Below are positions 1 to 9,637 of a stretch of 15,048 nucleotides of DNA, piece after piece (within the stretch, counting starts at the first letter, position 1; each line of letters begins with the position of its first letter). The translations under genes and the position numbers were made by a program. The notes beneath the pieces are model-generated. The model was given only the letters and a program-made list of their open reading frames with translations, did not search any database and had not been told where the DNA came from. Origin of the DNA: Octopus sinensis (lineage: Eukaryota); the NCBI RefSeq assembly GCF_006345805.1, contig NW_021825517.1, positions 1 to 15,048 of the forward strand, written 5' to 3'.

Positions 1-920
1 TCGATGCCAAAGTTTGGACAAGTCCCTCCAGGATCTTCCAGATGTATATTATGGCTATCTTTCTCGCCTACACTCTAAGGAATAGAGTCTTAATCTCTTG
101 AGTCTTTCCCAATAGCTTATATGCTGCACAGAGGCTATCTTCTTTGTGTAGCTTGGTTGGATTGCCTTAAGTTCTGAAATTAATTTGACACTGGTTGGTG
201 ACCATAGCTGAGAGCAATAGTCAAAGTGACTTAGGACAAGTGTCCTCCAGAGGACCATCATGGTTTCCTGGTCTCTTGTTCTAAGAGCTCTAAGAATCCA
301 TCCGGTCAGCCGCCTACATTTCATTGCTAATTTAGCAACATGCACATGAAAGGTTGCATCATTACTAATGTAAATACCCAGGTCTCACACTTATTGTGCC
401 TCTGGGATTGCAATCCCTCCAGGTCCAGTGTATTTATTGGGTATTGCATTTAATTTTGCATGCTGATAGCATAAAGCTTGAAACTTTTCAGCATTGAACT
501 GCATGCTATTCTTTTCAGCCCACTTGTATATTTTGTCCAGCTCACATTGCAGATGCATAGGTTCTTCAGGGTTCTGCATTGCCTGTGAAACTTTTGTATC
601 ATCTGTATAACTTGTGATTGTGGCTCTCTGCGTGGCTGGGGGCATGTCTGAGAGGGCCATTATAAACAGCAGTGGTCCCAAAACTGTGCCCAGCTTCTTC
701 CTGGTCGGAAACCATGTTGGGTGTCAGGCAGCAAGTTATTTTGTTCAAGGAAGGCGATTAGTTTCCTTCTGACTATTTGTTCCATGACCTTGCTGATGTG
801 TGAGGTCAGAGAGATAGGTCTGTAGTTCTTGGCCTCCGCTCTGCTACCTCCTTTATGAAAAGGCATATTTTATCCTCCTTCAGTTTTCTTGGAAGTTTGC
901 CAGTTGCAAGGAAGCTCTGC
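1..920 (-). pseudogene. LINE ORF2 reverse transcriptase and C-terminal domain, fragmented and internally deleted
   Basis: ORFs 660-866, 391-681 and 55-345 carry consecutive RT/thumb motifs. QHGFRPGRS is joined directly to GTVLGPLLF at ~691. Confidence 0.88.
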
Positions 921-2441
921 TATAGCCCTTATTACATCGTCTTCCTTTACATTGATGTAATCAATCATTGCTGCCTCTGATTTTATATCTGCAGTGGTAA
1001 AGAAGTCAGTCGGATTGCTGACTTGAAAGCGCCCTAGGGGTGGAGTGAAAATACTTTTGAATTGCTCATTTAGTATTTCACTTATCCTCATTGGATTTGC
1101 TGTGAGTGTACCATCTTTTTCAAGGAGTGGCCCTATCCTGCAGTGCACTGAAGCTGTTTCTTTGGCAAACTTGTAGAAAGCTCTGGGGTTAGATTTTATA
1201 TTGTCTATAGCCCAGGCTTCTTTGTCTGCTCTTTCTTTTTCATGGGAGATTTGTAGACATTTTTCAATTTCCAGCAGTTTTATTTTCATGCGGGACTTTT
1301 CATTACTTTCAATTTGTTTGTTTAGGCAATTTGAAACTTTTGTACGCCGTCTCATAAGAATTTTCCCCTCATTGGGGATTTTGTTCTTGTGTACAGTGGC
1401 CTTTCTCACTGGGACACATTTGTAGCATATGCCTTGCATTACAGACTTGAATTGTTGAAGTTTCATGTCGATGTCTGGTGAGGAGAGACATTTAGACCGG
1501 CTTTGTATGAGGATCTCTTTCTCAATTTGTTTGCAGTTTGCCTTATGGAAGTTCAAGCTGGAAAGAGTCTGAGAGTTTCTTATAGGCTGCATGTCTATGC
1601 TTTCCTTTGGCCCGTACATGTTGTGATGTTCTACCATGTTGTGATCCGAGAGTAGCGTCAGTGTCACTTTCACATTATGGATGAGATCCATATTATTTGT
1701 GAAGCAGAGATCCAGTATGTTACCTGCCCTAGTTGGTTGTAGTACTATTTGCCTCATGTACAGAGTGTTGATGAGGTTCAGGAGGGACCTCGCCTGTACT
1801 CGTTTGCATCGTATCATTCCTGGGAGAGAAAGGCCCTTGGGCCATCTGATATCGGGCAGATTGAAGTCTCTCATAAGAAGTACACTTATGTGTTGTACTA
1901 ATGTGACAAGAACTTCTGTTTTTGTAAGGCAGTCTTCAAACTTGCCTACATGATTTGGAGCATTTGGAGGGCAATATGTAGCACATATAAGTACACCGAG
2001 TTGCCTTATATGTACAATTAGTGTGTCACACACCGAATTTGAGTATGACAAAAGGACCTGCAGTGTGAGGTCCTCACGGATGAACATAGCAACTCCACCA
2101 TGACTCCTTTCTTTTCTGTCAGTCCGTAATACAACATACTGTGGTATGTGTATTTTCGCATTTGCTATATCTGGTTTCAGGTGTGTTTCCGTAAGTGCTA
2201 TGCATAAGGCTTGATTGCATGCAACAAGGTCTCTCAAGAAAGGGATTTTTGTCCTGTTACTGAGTGTTAGCAGTCTTCTGATGTTCAGTAGGAGCATCGA
2301 GGTGATGTGTGTGTTGTCGCCAGTGGTGTCCACCTTGAGTCTATTTGCTGTGGTGGTCTTGTGTATTGTGGATAGTCCCATCTGTGAGTTTGAGTTTGAT
2401 GGAGCTAGGTTAGCTGCTGTACAATCTTTTGTGCCATGCAC
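870..2441 (-). pseudogene. LINE ORF2 N-terminal part: apurinic-like endonuclease plus linker
   Basis: 523-aa ORF with APE motifs; it shifts frame at an apparent deletion near 920. Confidence 0.9.
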
Positions 2442-2868
2442 AAAAAAGATTCTTGTTCAGCAGCTGCCCTTTCAATAACATGTTGATGGTTTGTAACATG
2501 CACTATATCTGTGTACCTCCGTTTTGGGGCAGGTGGTGCATAGTCCTTTCCTTTTCCTTTTGGCAGGTGGTTTCTGCCCAGTTTCATGTTTATGTGGCGG
2601 GGTCTTTGGTGTGCAAAACAGCAGCCTGCAACTTCCTCTTCATGCCAGCAGACACCTTTCAGGTAGAATTTGCACATTCATGTGTGCTGTCTCTTTCTAT
2701 CCATTTTGGTATATGTATAGTCAGGTCTGCTTTTTTCCTTGGCTGTTTCATCTTTTGTTTTCGTTTTAGTTTTAGTTTTTCCTTCTTTGGCTGTTTCATC
2801 TTTTGTTTTTCTTTTAGTTTTTCCTTCTTTTACTTCTTTCTTGGCTCTCTCATCTCCATCTTTTAGCG
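2405..2868 (-). pseudogene. Probable LINE ORF1 C-terminal fragment with Lys-rich repeats and a CCCH-like zinc finger
   Basis: ORFs 2678-3055 and 2405-2677 are in the same frame, separated by one TGA. Contains CKFYLKGVCWHEEEVAGCCFAH and repeated KTKDETAKE. Confidence 0.6.
2739..2830. repeat. Imperfect ~48-bp tandem duplication within the LINE ORF1 region
   Basis: ttggctgtttcatcttttgttt occurs at ~2739 and ~2787; tttagtttttccttcttt occurs at ~2771 and ~2813. Confidence 0.8.
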
Positions 2869-2871
2869 GGA

Positions 2872-3366
2872 CCACCCCAATCACAAAGGAAAACAAATGA
2901 CAAAGGAACAAAAACTGACACAAACCAAGAAAAACCTTCAAAACCTCAAGACTGGAACAAACTTCTAAACCAACGTAAACATGCTTATTGTAAAAGCATA
3001 CGCTGTAAGAACATAGCCAACATATACCAAAACTGGTGGGACATGAAGAACCCAATACTCCCTAGAAAATTCCTTATCAAAGAAATAAGGGGTGAAACAC
3101 TAGAAGAAACAACAATACGTGTAAATCTAGCCCTTTGCCAACTAGAAACAGAAATTTCCCTTCTACAAACACGAAGCTCACACCAGGAAGATAAGATTAA
3201 AACAATTGATACCGTCGTAATGGCTGAGATAACAGAAAGGAACAATAACCAAAACAAAGAAAAACTACAACAATTATGTAAAGAAGATACCAAACGAGAG
3301 GAGGAAAGATCCGGAATTATGTGGACCAAACAACAGGAATGGTTTTTAAACTACGAAAAGAACTAA
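2872..3366 (+). pseudogene. PLE upstream ORF (ORF1-like, helical/coiled-coil character), followed by a decayed low-complexity region to ~4046
   Basis: The frame is open from ~2872 (..PQDWNKLLNQRKHAYCKSIRCKNIANIYQNWWDMKNPILPRKFLIKEI..) to TAA at 3364-3366. Same strand and base bias as the RT region. Confidence 0.6.
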
Positions 3367-3967
3367 GGGAAAAAATCAATTATGAAGACAAAAAAAACTA
3401 CCAAAACATGAAAAGATACAACAAACCAACATCACAAACATATTGGACTCCCAGACATCCAAATAAGCCCTACCAAACACAAACCCGCTCTTTACACTGC
3501 CGAACCCCCCAATAAACAGACACACAAAATATGAAAGACGACCATCAACCCAAAACCCCACAAAGACAAACACACAAGTAGCAAGACGAGCACAATACAT
3601 ACAAACAACAACAACCTATAACTTGGAGAGAACAAATAGAATATGAAACAACCACCAACACATAACACTGGACATCCTAAATGGACACACACATGGAACA
3701 TTAAACAAGTGGATAGAAATCAACACATAACCTACAACAAACATCGATGAAATCCAAACCACACAAACACCAACCCCATGCAACCCCACAAATTTACAAG
3801 ATGGATAAAAAACAACCCCCACTATCAATACAACACAAACACAAAACATAAACCATCCACCTACCCACAAAGAAACCTGAACTCTAGTAATAGAAATTAC
3901 TACCCCTACTACTACAAGAAAACCTAAGACCTGAAAATGGAATTTGGAGACACAACAGCACAAACGC

Positions 3968-3977
3968 TTTTTTAGGG
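3968..3977 (+). promoter_or_regulatory. Candidate -1 ribosomal frameshift slippery site T TTT TTA GGG
   Basis: X XXY YYZ heptamer at 3968-3974. The zero frame reads NAFLGKG..stop at 4044; the -1 frame is the RT frame (FFRER..IINLS..). Confidence 0.5.
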
Positions 3978-4948
3978 AAAGGATACTTCAACCATACTCC
4001 TGACCCAATACAACAAAAATTCCGAATGTACACACAAAGCACATAGACCCCAAAATAATAAACCTATCTAAAAGAGAACTTAACGAAAATGAAATGAACC
4101 TACTACTAAAAGGCCTCAAATTTACACCTACACCCACTCCAAACCTCATAGAACTAAAAATTGATATAGACAACTTCAGCTGCCACCTCCACCTTATGGA
4201 ATTCTTTGAAAATAAAGAAACAGAAGATAACTCAATCATAAGAAAAAAATCCCATTTCACCCCTTACAAGGGAAGTGCAAAACACCTTGACGCATACATA
4301 AAGACAATATCCAAATTCCCTCTCAACACACACAAAAGCAAACAGAATCTCCACAGAGGAGAAAAACAAGCCTTACAAAAACTAAAAAATGACAAGTCAA
4401 TCATTATAAAAGAAGCTGACAAAGGTGGAGCAATAGTTATTATGGATACAGATTACTACAAAGAAAAGATACTGGAGTTGCTGATAAACCAGACATACTA
4501 TAAAGAGTAACCAACACCACTGGAGAAACAACATTAAAAAAAATTAGAACTTTAGTCAATGAATACCAGGACTCCTTTACAGATAAGGAGAAAGACTATC
4601 TATGCAACTCAAGAACCAAAGCTACTAACTTTTATGGATTGCCTAAAATTCATAAAAGCTCTGAAATACGGAGAGCCATAAAGGAATAGAGGAACCACTA
4701 TATAAGAATACAAAGACCTGCGACCCCAGGCACCAAAACAACAACTAAGCCACTTCATAGATATACTCCTCAAACCTTTATGCCCACAGATATCAAGCTA
4801 CATAAGAGATGACAAAGACTTCCTCACACACATTCCAAGTACAGTTCCGAAAAACACCATACTTGCAAGCTTCGATGTCACAAACCTATACACGAACATA
4901 CCACACACCCTAGGTCTTGAAGCAATAAAACAATCGATAGAAAAATAC

Positions 4949-5545
4949 AGGGAACTCATAAACGAACGTTTCAAGACAGATTTTATCACCCAAGCCACCC
5001 AATTAATACTCGAAGAAAGTACATTCTCATTCAACAACAACACATACCGACAGATAAAGGGAACGGCTATGGGTACAAAATTCGCACCTTCATATGCCAA
5101 CCTGGTGATGGGTTTCCTGGAGAACAAACTATACGATGAAAGAGGGAAAGTCTTCGAACACGACTTCAAAGAAGATATCATGAAAAAGTGAAAACGCTAC
5201 CTCGATGACTGCTTCATCTTTTGGAACAGATCAGAAGAAGACCTATGAACATTTCACAACATCCTCAACACACTGCACCCATCTATCAACTTCACAATAG
5301 ATACTAGCCACAATGATGTCTTCTCTAAAGTCGTGTTTGAAGACTTTCCCTATTTCATTGTATAGTTTGTTCTCCAGGAAACCCATCATCAGGTTGGCAT
5401 ATGAAGGTGCGAATTTTGTACCCATAGCCATGCCCTTTATCTGTCGGTATGTGTTGTTGTTGAATGAGAATGTATTTTCTTCGAGTTTTAATTGGGTGGC
5501 TTGGGTGATAAAGTCTGTCTTGAAACGTTCGCCTATGAGTTCCCT
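4949..5545. repeat. 233-bp inverted repeat (arms 4949-5181 and 5313-5545, 131-bp spacer) inside the PLE RT
   Basis: Manual alignment gives 14 mismatches in 233 bp with no gaps. Also visible as near-identical ORFs 4798-5181(-) and 5313-5678(+). Confidence 0.95.
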
Positions 5546-6516
5546 TCTTAGACATCAACATCAAAATACACAACTCCAGCATCACAACAGACATCCACTA
5601 CAAAAACACCGACACACACCAATATTTAAATTTCCATTCCTGCCACCCATCCCACATAAAAAGAAACATCCCATATAGTATGGCAAGACGAATATGTAGC
5701 ATAGTAACTGACTCACAAACACGACTAATAAGACTAGATGAACTTCCTACTAGAGCAAAAATACCCCCTTAAACTAATAGAAAATGGAATCACAAGTGCA
5801 ATGAAACTAGACATCGCACAACTCAGGACACCCAAAACAAAAAACAAAGAAAACATTATCCCTTTCATAAACAAGCACAACCCTGGAGTTGCCAACATGT
5901 TCCAAATCATACATTCAAACCTGCCAATAATCTTACAAAGCCCCAAAATGGAAAATACACTAAACAAATATTGTATAAAAAACAGTAGACAACAAGACAA
6001 AAACCTAAAGAAACATCTAACAAGATCGAAATTCTCATCAGAAACTAAAACTGAATTCTTTGTAAAAGAGTGCGGAGATGGTAGATGTGGAATCTGCAGC
6101 AACCGTACCTACAAATACGTAGAGGGAGATAAAGAAATGAAATTTAAAAGTGGTCACATATTTAAAGTAAATGCAGATATGAACTGCAAGACACAGAACG
6201 TAATATACTGCATAACCTGCCCCACGTGCAAGGAGGATTACATAGGTGAAATTGGAAACTCTTTGTGCCAACGAGCCAAGATTCACCGATGGGAAGAACT
6301 GCGCAAGATACCACTGAGTAAACACCTAGATACATATGGAGATGGGAAATTTAAGATCTTTCTCTTCTACAAATGTCCAAAGAACAACACCTCCTTCAGG
6401 AGGAATATGGAAAAATATTTCATAACTAAGTTCTCCCCCAAATTGAATGGCTGAAAATATCTCTATAATAAGCTGTACCAGATGAAGGACCAAATTTGTT
6501 AAGTAAACTGTATTAA

Positions 6517-6543
<27 letters not shown>
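6517..6543. repeat. (CA)n microsatellite
   Basis: Direct reading. Confidence 0.97.
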
Positions 6544-6547
<4 letters not shown>

Positions 6548-6874
6548 TCTACACATATGTTTGGGTTTTTGAAAATACAACAATGAACAAAGGATATTCT
6601 AATATTTGAATGAAACCATTTCATTTTAATTTGTGGAACCAGTTGCTCCTGTATGTTAAAACTTAATATTTATTTAACTGTCTATCAGTGAGATATTAGA
6701 CTAAATCAATTAAAGATCAGACAATAGACTCAGTAGTTGCCAGTTTATATTCTGTCATTTGTAACTTCAACACAAGAGAGTCTCTTTTTCAAGTATGGAC
6801 TATATGAAATTTTACTAATCATACATTGAAGGACAAATCTTTCAGTTTACAATTTAACATAGTGGAGCATTTAG

Positions 6875-6900
<26 letters not shown>
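6875..6900. repeat. (TA)n microsatellite, left flank of PLE 2
   Basis: Direct reading. Confidence 0.97.
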
Positions 6901-6905
<5 letters not shown>

Positions 6906-7027
6906 GAAAAGAGTGAAAAAACTACAGAAGGCTTGTTTTAAAAGGTTAAAGAATATATTTAAGTCGTTATGTTAGAAAAATGTTACAAAATTTTGTGTAG
7001 AGTAACATAGTTTTTTGAGAAATAACC
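6900..7027 (-). repeat. Left inverted terminal repeat of PLE 2 (partner 8496-8623)
   Basis: 128 bp, 4 mismatches by manual alignment. Confidence 0.93.
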
Positions 7028-7058
7028 GGTTTCATGTAAACTTTTCAAATTTCTCAAA
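7014..7058 (-). ncRNA. Minimal type I hammerhead ribozyme fold with U3-A8 core variant
   Basis: Minus strand: TTTGAGAAAT-TTGAAAA-GT(TTAC)AT-GAAAC-CG-GTT-ATTTCTCAAA. Perfect 10-bp helix I and palindromic AACCGGTT helix III. Confidence 0.68.
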
Positions 7059-7119
7059 TGTCTTTACCTACATCGTGTCATGTCTTGGTTATGAAGTGCA
7101 AAAGAAGAGTTCCAGGTAG

Positions 7120-8395
7120 GGAACTAGAGGCAATACAGTTCTGGCTGGACCAATTTCCGGAAGAAATACCAAAAAGGATCAGTAAAAAATTCATTACTAA
7201 ATCGGTTGAGTTCATCCTACAAAATAACCACTTCATGTTTGACAATACGTTTTACTGTCAAAAATCCGGAATTGCTATGGGTACAAGGGCAGCACCAGTC
7301 ATTGCGAACCTAACAATGGGCTACCTGGAAATAATTATATACCAGGAATCTTTATCGACCTTTGGAAACCCCCTTTCTCAATACCTAAAAGAGAATTGGA
7401 AAAGATTCCTGGACGACTGTTTTATACTCTGGAATGAAAACACAGATAAACTCCAAAAATTCAAAAACCTATTGAACAGCATCAACCCAAATATACAGTT
7501 CACAATGGACTACAACCAAAAGGAGCTTCCATTCTTAGATATACTGATTTAAAAAATTAACCTAAAAACAGAAACAGGCATATTTTACAAAGCCACAGAC
7601 GCCAAACAATACCCAAGACACGCTAAAACAAACATCCCTTTCAACCTTGCAAGAAGGATATGCACAATAGTGTCAGAACAAAATACCAGGAACTTTAGAC
7701 TACAAGAACTCAAAAACACCCTAATTGACAGACACTACCCAGTTCAACTCATAGAGGATGGGATCAGACGTGCAAACAGAAATCGACATAGAAACTTTGA
7801 GAAAAGTTCAACACAACAACATGCCTTCCCCGAAAATATTGCCTTACATATCCACATACAACCCCAGAAACAAAGAAGCCTTCACTATCATCATCCAGAA
7901 TTTACCAATACTTCATAAGGACCCCAAGTTAAAGGAAATTCTAAACATAGATAAAATCATTAAAAGTTACAAACAACCTAAATCACTTAAAAAGATTCTC
8001 ACAAAGGCAAAACTGTTTTCTGAAATTACGGATGCAAAAGTAAAAAAATGTGGTAGACCAAACTGCGCAACATGCCCAAACCTTCTAGAAGGATCAGAAT
8101 TCCTTTTCAAAGAGGGACAAAAATTGAAGATCAGATCTAATTTTACTTGTGCTTCTGAAAACATAATTTATGTCATAAAATGCTCGGGCTGCCAACAAAA
8201 CTACGTAGGGTCCATGGGATTATCACTCAGACACAGATGCACTCTGCATCGACAACAGATTGCATTCCCGCGCAAAGCAACTACTACCACAATTTTTAAT
8301 CTTTTCATTCTATCAATGTGCTATTGGAACACCAACACAAATTAGATTAAACAAGAAAACATTCTTCATTGAAAAATATAAGCCTGAACTTAACC
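7120..8395 (+). pseudogene. PLE 2 RT core, thumb and GIY-YIG endonuclease, frameshifted with small deletions
   Basis: ORFs 7058-7552, 7670-7918 and 7758-8345 together give the consecutive domains, ending ..EKYKPELN. Confidence 0.88.
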
Positions 8396-8495
8396 ATCCT
8401 AACATTCTTATACAGAGAAACTCATCTCATTAAAAAAGGGGAAAAGAAATATAAAGCGATTATCTCCCTTATACCGGAAGAAATCCGTTATATCT

Positions 8496-8623
8496 GGTTA
8501 TTTCTCCAAAAACTATGTTACTCTACACAAAATTTTATAACATTTTTCTAACATAACGACTTAAATATATTCTTTAACCTTATAAAACAAGCCTTCTGTA
8601 GTTTTTTCAATCTTTTCTATTTT
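8496..8623 (+). repeat. Right terminal repeat of PLE 2, followed by a ~42-nt unpaired extension (8624-8665)
   Basis: Reverse complement of 6900-7027. Confidence 0.93.
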
Positions 8624-8663
8624 TTATACATCCAACAACGTGCTTTCACACACAACTTTCTCA

Positions 8664-8665
<2 letters not shown>

Positions 8666-8723
<58 letters not shown>
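8666..8723. repeat. (TA)n microsatellite, right flank of PLE 2
   Basis: Direct reading. Confidence 0.97.
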
Positions 8724-8729
<6 letters not shown>

Positions 8730-9432
8730 TAAATATCAACACAATTATTTCCCCTTCCTTTTTTTTCTTCTTCTTTCTTCCCTTCACCAAACTCACATAC
8801 ACACACACGCGCACACATACACATACACACCTTCACTAAACAATAATAAAAAGAATTCTTCTTCTCTAAACCCAAAAACCATTTGACCATCCCTCATTAA
8901 ACACACACACTCTCACAATAATAAAAAGGAAATATAATTTATGGTCTACCTCCCCGCCACCACACACTCAATAACACAATGAAATGGTCAAAAGTGAAAT
9001 TATTTTTCCCCAAGATCTTAGACACCTCTTGAAGTAAGCATCCTGTCCAGCAGAGCGAAAAAATATTACTTCTTCGTCCCTCTTCATTCCCCTCTTTTTA
9101 TTTAGCACTCTTTCAAATACAAAAACACACACACACATGCTCCCTCTCTCTCTCTCTCACTTTCTCCTCATCCATCACCCTCTTGTACTGTCTTCCCCAC
9201 AACTACAAACTCAATAACACTATAAAATGGTCAAAACTTTTCACACACGAACGGAGTTCAATTTGAAAACCCCATTAGAATGGGAGAAAGCACTAATACA
9301 TGATCTAAGTTATATGATGTATAAAAACATGTAATATACAAATAAATATCTGTAAATATAAAACCATCCGAATTTCTGAGTACCTCATTTCTTCTAATAT
9401 AAAATACCTGTACATCATCTCCAAACCTTCCA

Positions 9433-9585
9433 ATATATATATATATATGCATATATATATATATCTTTATATATATATATATATATATATCTTTATATAT
9501 ATATATATATTTTAGAAATATTGAATTTCTAATGTCTCAGAGAGACATAAGCGGTGGTGGAGCGATATAGTTGACAGTATATGAC

Positions 9586-9635
<50 letters not shown>
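9433..9635. repeat. Two (TA)n arrays (9433-9510, 9589-9635) enclosing a short unique island
   Basis: Direct reading. Confidence 0.92.

Positions 9636-9637
<2 letters not shown>

Larger units (their letters stand above)
1..2868 (-). mobile_element. Decayed CR1-group non-LTR retrotransposon (ORF1 fragment, APE endonuclease, RT, C-terminal domain); runs off the window start
   Basis: Minus-strand ORFs give APE motifs (LLNIR, IALTETHL, SHGGVAM, DFNLP, PTRAGNILDLCF, LSDH), RT motifs (NYRPISLTS, QHGFRPGRS, GPLLF, YTDDTK) and the CR1-type C-terminus (SYWERLKRLRLYSLECRRER). Frameshifts and internal deletions are present. Confidence 0.92.
3968..6454 (+). pseudogene. PLE reverse transcriptase-GIY-YIG endonuclease ORF, broken by stops, frameshifts and an inverted insert
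   Basis: ORFs 4094-4510 and 5738-6454 plus intervening motif-bearing frames read by hand. Confidence 0.9.
2869..6460 (+). mobile_element. Penelope-like retroelement 1 (Neptune-like), decayed, with upstream ORF
   Basis: PLE RT motifs IINLS, LLKGLKF, KEADKGG, FYGLPKIHK, SFDVTNLYTNIPH, GTAMGTKFAPSYANL, RYLDDCF, PFLDI, HPSHIKRNIP. Linker CGDGRCGIC, then GIY-YIG (NVIYCITCPTC..YIGE). Strongly A/C-rich plus strand. Confidence 0.92.
6900..8665 (+). mobile_element. Penelope-like retroelement 2 (Neptune-like), 5'-truncated, with inverted terminal repeats (inverted pLTR arrangement)
   Basis: RT core from ~7120 (LEAIQFWL, GIAMGTRAAPVIANL, WKRFLDDCF, LPFLDI), NIPFNLARRIC, CGRPNCATC and GIY-YIG (NIIYVIKCSGC..YVGS). 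6900-7027 is the reverse complement of 8496-8623. Confidence 0.92.

Noticed and set aside
1201-4260. ORFs antisense to the LINE and PLE coding regions (e.g. 2429-2866+, 2985-3329-, 3616-3963-, 3988-4260-)
   Set aside because: Shadow frames caused by strong strand compositional bias; no recognisable motifs.
4001-5250. In-frame TGA codons in PLE 1 as selenocysteine or readthrough
   Set aside because: They do not fall at evident Cys positions and are explained by CGA or TGG point decay; the copy also has frameshifts.
6474-6515. Hammerhead-like words after PLE 1 (cagatga..gtaaactgta)
   Set aside because: Core is mismatched and no helix I, II or III can be formed convincingly.
9311-9338. Possible relic minimal hammerhead (tatat-gatgt-ata-aaaac-at-gta-atata)
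   Set aside because: Has a palindromic acatgt and a possible helix I but at least three core defects in very AT-rich sequence; not distinguishable from chance by eye.
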